From Opitutales bacterium (GTDB lineage: Bacteria; Verrucomicrobiota; Verrucomicrobiia; Opitutales; PNEW01), in contig CBDCNV010000001.1 in NCBI GenBank assembly GCA_965219535.1, positions 2,007,230 through 2,071,229 of the forward strand: DNA of 64,000 bases. The letters are read 5' to 3'. Position numbers and translations under genes: made by a program. Of the stretch, positions 58,726 through 64,000 are shown one piece after another (the stretch's first letter is position 1; every line of letters starts with the position of its first letter). The notes under the pieces were generated by a model. That model was given only the letters and a program-made list of their open reading frames with translations. It searched no databases and was not told where the DNA came from.

Positions 58726-59532
58726 ATGGTAATCTGGAAAGAGGTAGAACAACTCATTGCGCGCAACGCAGCACCTCGTCCAGATCTTCGTAAGCAATTG
58801 CGACTCGCAATTCAGGGCGATCATCACGCTTACCTTTCTCTCGTCGACCAATACCTCAACCTCGTCGTTGAGTACATGTATTTGAATGGCGGGGGGTGCA
58901 CTTCAGAAGTATCTGATAAAGCACAGCGATTGTTTTTCAGGCTTTGGGAACTATTGCCTTACACCTCACGTTTGTCTGACTTTGAACGTATGCTCACCCT
59001 TGCTTTAATTGGAGAAAAAGGCTCACCGTCAATTTCTCATAATGTATTAAAGGGTAAGATAATGAGAATTCGCCCTTATTTTCGCTTTCTTCTCGTCTCC
59101 CATGAAATGGAGAACTGGCATCGACATTGGATCAGTTTAGCATGCAGATTAAAAAGTAAAGATCTGCATGATTTGATTCTAAACATGCGCTGTGAAATGT
59201 GCGGAATTGATACGTCATTATTGAAGGATGAAGAGCGGCATTGCCTGAATGAGATCTGTCGGGATCTTGAATCGCCTTTTAATCTCAAAAAACGTGCCGC
59301 TATGTGCACAATGATAAAACAATTCTCTAAGATAAAAGACTTTAAAGCCCGATGGCTCGAAATGAAGTGTGAATTAGTCGAACTCCGCCAGGAAATCAGA
59401 TTAACCAATCAAGATAGTGAGAGATTTATCAAAGAGCTTGGTAATAATCTCCATTCTGCAAAAATCCTTCAACCCCAATGGGTGGATCGCGTTTTTAACA
59501 TTATTCATTTTGAGAGTTTCCCAAGTGGTTAA
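58726..59532 (+). CDS. hypothetical protein with degenerate ECF sigma-70-like regions 2 and 4 plus a C-terminal extension of about 100 aa
   Basis: GDHHAYLSLVDQYLNLVVEYMY and AQRLFFRLWELLPY resemble ECF regions 2.1-2.4. IRPYFRFLLVSHEMENWHRHWISLACRLKSKDLHDLILNMRCEM resembles region 4 (LPxxxRxxhxL...IAxxLxxSxxxhxxxLxRAR). The similarity was judged by eye only. Confidence 0.6.
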   Translation: MVIWKEVEQLIARNAAPRPDLRKQLRLAIQGDHHAYLSLVDQYLNLVVEYMYLNGGGCTSEVSDKAQRLFFRLWELLPYTSRLSDFERMLTLALIGEKGSPSISHNVLKGKIMRIRPYFRFLLVSHEMENWHRHWISLACRLKSKDLHDLILNMRCEMCGIDTSLLKDEERHCLNEICRDLESPFNLKKRAAMCTMIKQFSKIKDFKARWLEMKCELVELRQEIRLTNQDSERFIKELGNNLHSAKILQPQWVDRVFNIIHFESFPSG

Positions 59533-59683
59533 ACGGTAAGATGTCCCTTTAATCTTAATCGTCACTGTGCTGGATCAATAATCACTATTAAACAGGATGG
59601 TGAGAACATGGCTCCCGCCTGAATTAAACCTGCTCACTTGAGCTTATAATTATTACTGCTTATTTTACAGTATAAGCTAGGGC

Positions 59684-61219
59684 TTACGAGGCATTCATTC
59701 GCTTCACCACTTCCTGTCGTAAATCTCTTATTTGATTATCATAGTTTTCCCTCGCACGAGAAAGATTGTAGGAAAAATTCTCATGAATCCTCCGATTCGA
59801 TTCTTGCAGCTGTTTTTCTGCTTCATTTCGCATGACTGCGATCATACCTTCTTGCTGTTTTCCAGCTTCTATTATCTTAGCCAGCAATTCATTTCTTAAA
59901 GCTTGTGTTTGATGCTTAGTGTAATCTTTAAAATCTTCTAACCCGTTTTTCTGACTGTGCTCTACTCGAATACGACTAACTGCACTAATAATACTATCGT
60001 GATTATGCCGACTTGATTCCTGAATGCGTTTTTCCATTTCTTTTCGCATATCAGCTAATTTTCCCTGCTGCATTTCTTCTACTGCCATTATCCTTGCAGA
60101 TATATCTTCTTTAAGCGCGCGAGACTGTTTTCTTGCTAAACCCTTTAATGATTCAATCTCTCTACGTTCGAGTTCCGACGATTCAGTGCTGGCAGTTAAA
60201 TATTTATCTCTCAAGCGATGCTCGGTTTCATTAAGTTTAATTGAATATTCGTGACGCAAATTATCGATCTTTCGCCCCTGCTTGCGGTCGATTATTTTAA
60301 TAATCTGTGAAATATCCTCGCGAGATCTCTTCTCGCTCGCTTCTATTTGTTCATTTGATTTGTGCCTTAATTTTTCACTTTCGCCTAATAACCGTTGCTC
60401 GGTTCTCTCCAGTAATTCTCGCGTCGTTTTCTCGCTCGCTTCTATTCGCTCAAGGGACTTATGACGTAATATTTCATTTTCGCTTAATAACCGTTGCTCA
60501 GTCTTTTCCAGTAGTTCTCGCGCTGTTTTTTCACTACTACTTCCAATTTTATTGATAAGAGAAGATGTCGTCGCCTTAAGCGATCTTTGAAACTCCTGGC
60601 GCAAATGAAGTTCGTGCTCTATAAACTCTTTATGCCCTACTCTATCACTTTCCAGTTTATTTGAAATCACCACAGCAGATTGAAGCTTTTTATCCAATTC
60701 ATTGACTGTCTGATTGATATAGGCATCCAGCTGATAGTGTAATTGATTTTTCGTCTCATCCAAATATTGGGTCGAATGACGGTGCAAGGCATCCAAACTG
60801 CTGCCCAGCATATGCTGCATCGTCTTCTTTAAGTTGTCTCTTTCAGTCTCAACTTTTCTACTAATATCATTAATCCGCCTTGTGCTATCCTTACGGTGTT
60901 CGTCCAATCTCAAGTTGAATATGTTTCTTATGTTTTCAACAGATTCTTCAAAACCATGGTGAAAATGATAGCCTTGAGCCCGTTGATCATCGTCATAGCG
61001 TTGACGCTCAATAATAAGTCTTAATTCGAAAAGCCGAAATAATTTTACTGCGGTATAGATAATGAGTATGATCGTTAATGCTGCCCCACCGGTCATATAA
61101 GCCCAGTTGTAATTAACATCAAACACGGACATCCCAAATACCATCGGCACTGAAAGGGCAAAAATATAAAACCATACAGGATATATATCCGCTAAATGTA
61201 CAGAGCTTCTTTTACTCAT
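59684..61219 (-). CDS. membrane-anchored long coiled-coil protein (two N-terminal TM helices, 450-aa charged helical repeat region), paralog of 62353..63315
   Basis: The N-terminus is LADIYPVWFYIFALSVPMVFG...AALTIILIIYTAV, followed by heptad-rich E/K/R/Q sequence with internal 33-aa and roughly 70-aa duplications. Its ATG overlaps the upstream gene's stop by 8 nt. Confidence 0.8.
   Translation of the reverse strand: MSKRSSVHLADIYPVWFYIFALSVPMVFGMSVFDVNYNWAYMTGGAALTIILIIYTAVKLFRLFELRLIIERQRYDDDQRAQGYHFHHGFEESVENIRNIFNLRLDEHRKDSTRRINDISRKVETERDNLKKTMQHMLGSSLDALHRHSTQYLDETKNQLHYQLDAYINQTVNELDKKLQSAVVISNKLESDRVGHKEFIEHELHLRQEFQRSLKATTSSLINKIGSSSEKTARELLEKTEQRLLSENEILRHKSLERIEASEKTTRELLERTEQRLLGESEKLRHKSNEQIEASEKRSREDISQIIKIIDRKQGRKIDNLRHEYSIKLNETEHRLRDKYLTASTESSELERREIESLKGLARKQSRALKEDISARIMAVEEMQQGKLADMRKEMEKRIQESSRHNHDSIISAVSRIRVEHSQKNGLEDFKDYTKHQTQALRNELLAKIIEAGKQQEGMIAVMRNEAEKQLQESNRRIHENFSYNLSRARENYDNQIRDLRQEVVKRMNAS
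60325..60522. repeat. two tandem copies of a 99-bp (33-codon) unit inside the coiled-coil gene
   Basis: CTCGCTCGCTTCTAT recurs at 60332 and 60431, giving a 99-bp period. The two units are recognisably similar with scattered substitutions. At protein level the units read SEKTARELLEKTEQRLLSENEILRHKSLERIEA and SEKTTRELLERTEQRLLGESEKLRHKSNEQIEA. Confidence 0.85.
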
Positions 61220-62036
61220 GAATAGTATTGATTTTTCCGAAGAGCAGTGGTTTGCAAAGACTAAGATGTGTCACCGCAACCCATTTTGTGTTTTCCATTT
61301 GAGCTTCAATCGTAATCGATGTGGAACCAAATGGCAGTTTAAATAAAAATTCAAATCCCGAATGCAGAATTTCATCTTCCGATTCAAACATATAGTCCAA
61401 CTCTCTCCTTTCAATTAAATATTGGCTTTCGACAAACTTATCTCCTGCCTTACCGCGAATGTTTATAATCTTCGCACCATCTATTGAAAAGCACCAACCG
61501 CGAAGTCGAGTATTATTGCCATTTGATTTGTAATTCTCAGGTTCATCTAACTGAAAATTAAAACCATGATTCACTCGATAGCTATTACCATTAATTGCTT
61601 TATTTAATTTACTCCCGCCTTTAAGTATCGTCGCATCGGCAAGCGTGCCCCCAACAAAGGGGAACCAGCTACTCGAGTTCATCTTTTTTACTTCGAGACT
61701 GAATGGAACTCTATCGGCAGTCATCGGAACTGAGAGATCAAAGCCAGAATGAATGATCGCTATTTTCTCACCGAACGACATTAATTCAGACCTTTTAATC
61801 CCATAATTGCCTATGCTCTCATCTTCTTCTGTAACACAGCGTATTTCTGATATTTCAGCATAATCTTCAGAAAAGCACCATCCACTGATATAAGCTAATC
61901 GTTCATCGAGTGTAGATTTCCGCACTGTCTCTATCTCATAAATAAATCCATTATTCCCCAGAAACCCTGTTCCTTTAGGAGAAGTGGGTAGATACGGACT
62001 AAGACCCGTTAATGCTATATCTTCATTAGACAACAT
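61212..62036 (-). CDS. hypothetical soluble protein made of two tandem 'GWCF' beta-type domains, paralog of 63308..64000
   Basis: It contains an internal duplication. The first half reads ISGWCFSEDYAEISEIRCV...YGIKRSELMSF...HSGFDLSVP...SLEVKK...W. The second half reads LRGWCFSIDGAKIINIRGK...YLIERRELDYMF...HSGFEFLFK...TIEAQM...W. No signal peptide is present. Confidence 0.8.
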   Translation of the reverse strand: MLSNEDIALTGLSPYLPTSPKGTGFLGNNGFIYEIETVRKSTLDERLAYISGWCFSEDYAEISEIRCVTEEDESIGNYGIKRSELMSFGEKIAIIHSGFDLSVPMTADRVPFSLEVKKMNSSSWFPFVGGTLADATILKGGSKLNKAINGNSYRVNHGFNFQLDEPENYKSNGNNTRLRGWCFSIDGAKIINIRGKAGDKFVESQYLIERRELDYMFESEDEILHSGFEFLFKLPFGSTSITIEAQMENTKWVAVTHLSLCKPLLFGKINTIHE

Positions 62037-62352
62037 AGCAGCAGAAAGTGAACCTCACAGTTTACGAAACGAAGATGACATATATCAATTTTATATTTCA
62101 GTAGATTGCTATAAGTCATGAGCGATGCCTATTAAAATTATTATATATGTTTTTATCCAATCACAAAAGACTATTTACAGAAAACCTTTTTACATTCGGA
62201 CTTCTGATTAACGCTTATACATTCTTTATATGTAAATAGAATGTATTGGGGTAGTAACAGAACTGCGTTTAACTAACGCGTATAGCGGAAGAATCGGCTT
62301 CCTTAATCGATGATTAATTAAGGATAGTAACATTTATAAGAATATAGGTTTC

Positions 62353-63315
62353 TTATCGCTTCTTATTCCTCTTTTTTTTCACCCTCGATTTAGAGAGAGT
62401 ACTTCTAAGTGTTGATACATTTTTACTTTTCCGGGAAGAGCCTTTCGGTTGCGTTTTTGTTTTTTTCTTAACCGAGATACTTTTTTTTGTCTTCTTTTTC
62501 GTTTCCTTAACCTTGGATTTAGACTTCGTTTCCTTAGCTTTTTTACTTTGGCTTTTTTGTCCAACTACTTTTGAACGTTTAATCAAATTTCCATTAAGTT
62601 CTGCAATTGTATCTTCAATGGATTTTTTCATTTCCTTGCGAAATTGAACACTGAAATTTTCTAAATCTTTCTTTAGCAGGGTGTCTTTAAATTGCTTGTT
62701 CGCCTCGAGAGAAAACTGTTTAAGCTTACTCAACTTAGCATCCTGTTTGACTAAACTAGTATCAATTGATCTTTCGAGTTTATCAAAAGATTTTTGAATT
62801 TCTTCACGAAGACGGTCTCCGTGTCCAACGAGATCGTCTTCGTGGATTACATCTTTCAATTGCTTGTTTTTCTCTGATGCTAGAACTTTAATTTTCTTAT
62901 CCAGGGCACGAAGCATTACCAGATTTTCCGCTTCAAGATCCTTGTGAAGCTTTTTCCTCGTTGATTCACTTTGCTCCGCTACCACCTTATTAAATTTATC
63001 CAAATGAGACGTAATTTCAGTTCGGTATTCATCAAAGGTACGTTTAAATTCTTTTCCAAAATTATATTCAAAATCTCTAAGGTCTTCCTTGTACCGACGA
63101 TTCAAAATATCGATATGAGAATTACGCAGCTGTGAGGCTCTTATTGCAGTATAGGCGATGAGAAATATGGTAATTATTCCCGCGGCGAATATAAAAAAGG
63201 AAGCAAAGGGTATTCCTGTAATAGCCACGCCGAATAGCAGGGGAACCGCTGCGGCGAGACAAACAGCCCATCGAGGATAACAATCAGATAAGAGGATCGA
63301 TATTTTTTTATTCAT
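62353..63315 (-). CDS. membrane-anchored coiled-coil protein with an extremely lysine-rich C-terminal tail, paralog of 59684..61219
   Basis: Its N-terminus (LSDCYPRWAVCLAAAVPLLFG...IITIFLIAYTAI...RRYKED) aligns with the other coiled-coil protein. The last 70 aa or so are K/S/T-rich (KSQSKKAKETKSKSKVKETKKKTKKSISVKKKTKT...KKKRNKKR). Confidence 0.8.
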   Translation of the reverse strand: MNKKISILLSDCYPRWAVCLAAAVPLLFGVAITGIPFASFFIFAAGIITIFLIAYTAIRASQLRNSHIDILNRRYKEDLRDFEYNFGKEFKRTFDEYRTEITSHLDKFNKVVAEQSESTRKKLHKDLEAENLVMLRALDKKIKVLASEKNKQLKDVIHEDDLVGHGDRLREEIQKSFDKLERSIDTSLVKQDAKLSKLKQFSLEANKQFKDTLLKKDLENFSVQFRKEMKKSIEDTIAELNGNLIKRSKVVGQKSQSKKAKETKSKSKVKETKKKTKKSISVKKKTKTQPKGSSRKSKNVSTLRSTLSKSRVKKKRNKKR

Positions 63316-64000
63316 GAATAAAATTAACCTTACGCGGGAATAAAGGAAGACAGAGAGTTCCCTGAATTACCGTCAACCAATGTTCGTCCTCCAATTGCGC
63401 TTCGAGGGTAATTGGAGTTGTCCCTGGTCGAGGATTGAGAGAAATCTCAAACCCAGAATGGAATATTGTATCGTTATCACCAAATTTTTCGATTAATTCA
63501 ATACTTTCCAAATTGTATCTTCCCATGACACTGGAACGATCAGTGACACAACGAATACCTTTAATTGTTGATAGGTCTTCATTAAAACACCACCCACGCA
63601 AATAATACTCAGAACCGTCGGCTTTTATATTTTCAGTCTCGTAGAGATTAAAAAGAAAACCATTTTTAACGCGGTATGGCTTACCATTCATATCGATGCG
63701 CTTATATATCCCTTCATCTTCTACAGTTTGTTGTTCACTGCCCAGCGCTCCCTTCATGACGATTAACCAGTCATCTGAACCATTTAATTTTGCTTCCAGG
63801 GTAAACGATAGCTCTCCGTCAGGTGCCGGTATGGAGATTTCAAATCCGGCATTAAGACTTGCATTAACTTTACCAAAATTAACTAATTCAGTTCTCTTAA
63901 TCCCGTAACGCGCAATAATTTCGGAATGTTCCGTTTGCAACCTGACACTCGTCACCTCGGTTAAGTTCTCTGAAAAACACCAGCCACTAATTATAAGAAC
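63308..64000 (-). CDS. hypothetical two-domain 'GWCF' protein, 5'-truncated by the window edge
   Basis: The frame stays open to position 64000 (VLIISGWCFSENLTEVTSVRLQ...), so the GTG at 63955 is internal. The second domain reads LRGWCFNEDLSTIKGIRCV...HSGFEISLN...TLEAQLEDEHW. It ends in FIHE, as its paralog ends in TIHE. Confidence 0.8.
   Translation of the reverse strand, partial: VLIISGWCFSENLTEVTSVRLQTEHSEIIARYGIKRTELVNFGKVNASLNAGFEISIPAPDGELSFTLEAKLNGSDDWLIVMKGALGSEQQTVEDEGIYKRIDMNGKPYRVKNGFLFNLYETENIKADGSEYYLRGWCFNEDLSTIKGIRCVTDRSSVMGRYNLESIELIEKFGDNDTIFHSGFEISLNPRPGTTPITLEAQLEDEHWLTVIQGTLCLPLFPRKVNFIHE

Noticed and set aside
60325-60522. The tandem direct repeats were considered as a possible CRISPR or minisatellite array.
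   Set aside because: There are only two units with no spacers. They are in-frame inside a long ORF and encode a duplicated coiled-coil segment. No cas genes are present in the window.
62379-62564. A 61-aa lysine-rich ORF lies in an alternate frame of the polylysine tail region.
   Set aside because: It is a low-complexity AAR/AGA-rich stretch that reads as K/R-rich in more than one frame. The frame continuous with the 320-aa coiled-coil protein is the coherent one.

Overview
This is a 64-kb chromosomal window from a diderm, aerobic bacterium, roughly 40-45% GC by eye. The evidence for diderm and aerobic is KdsB, HldD, a TonB-dependent receptor, heme A synthase and a succinate:quinone oxidoreductase. 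Gene content gives me the impression of a marine PVC/Verrucomicrobia-like lineage, but I cannot verify that without a search. I count about 58 tightly packed protein genes. I saw no rRNA, tRNA or CRISPR array.

Most of the window is housekeeping:
- Regulation and cofactors: erpA, a Ser/Thr kinase, rpoN, tsaB, alr, rdgB, ribD, leuB and alaS.
- Sulfate activation: cysH-cysC-cysD-cysN.
- kamA, carA, kdsB and oppABC without ATPase genes.
- Respiration: ctaA-ctaB-DUF420 and a three-subunit sdhCAB operon.
- Pyrimidines, thiamin and t6A: pyrR-pyrB-pyrC, thiL and tsaE.
- Lipid synthesis: fabG-acpP-fabF.
- folD, proC and hldD.

Several items are not routine:
- A nickel superoxide dismutase whose Ni-hook His sits directly after a Sec-type signal peptide.
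- A clear TPP riboswitch in front of a TonB-dependent receptor.
- A RecB-like nuclease fused to an XPD/DinG FeS helicase.
- An intact IS1595-family (IS1016-like) element with 15-bp inverted repeats and an 8-bp target duplication.
- A mycobacterial-Sdh1-like membrane anchor with a Cys/His motif.

The most unusual region is 57.9-64 kb. It holds a degenerate ECF-sigma-like gene pair. Beyond that it holds two tandem copies of an uncharacterised two-gene module. In each copy, a protein built from two 'GWCF' beta-type domains overlaps a 2-TM-anchored coiled-coil protein by a conserved 8 nt. This module is my best candidate for an undescribed system, and it runs off the window edge.
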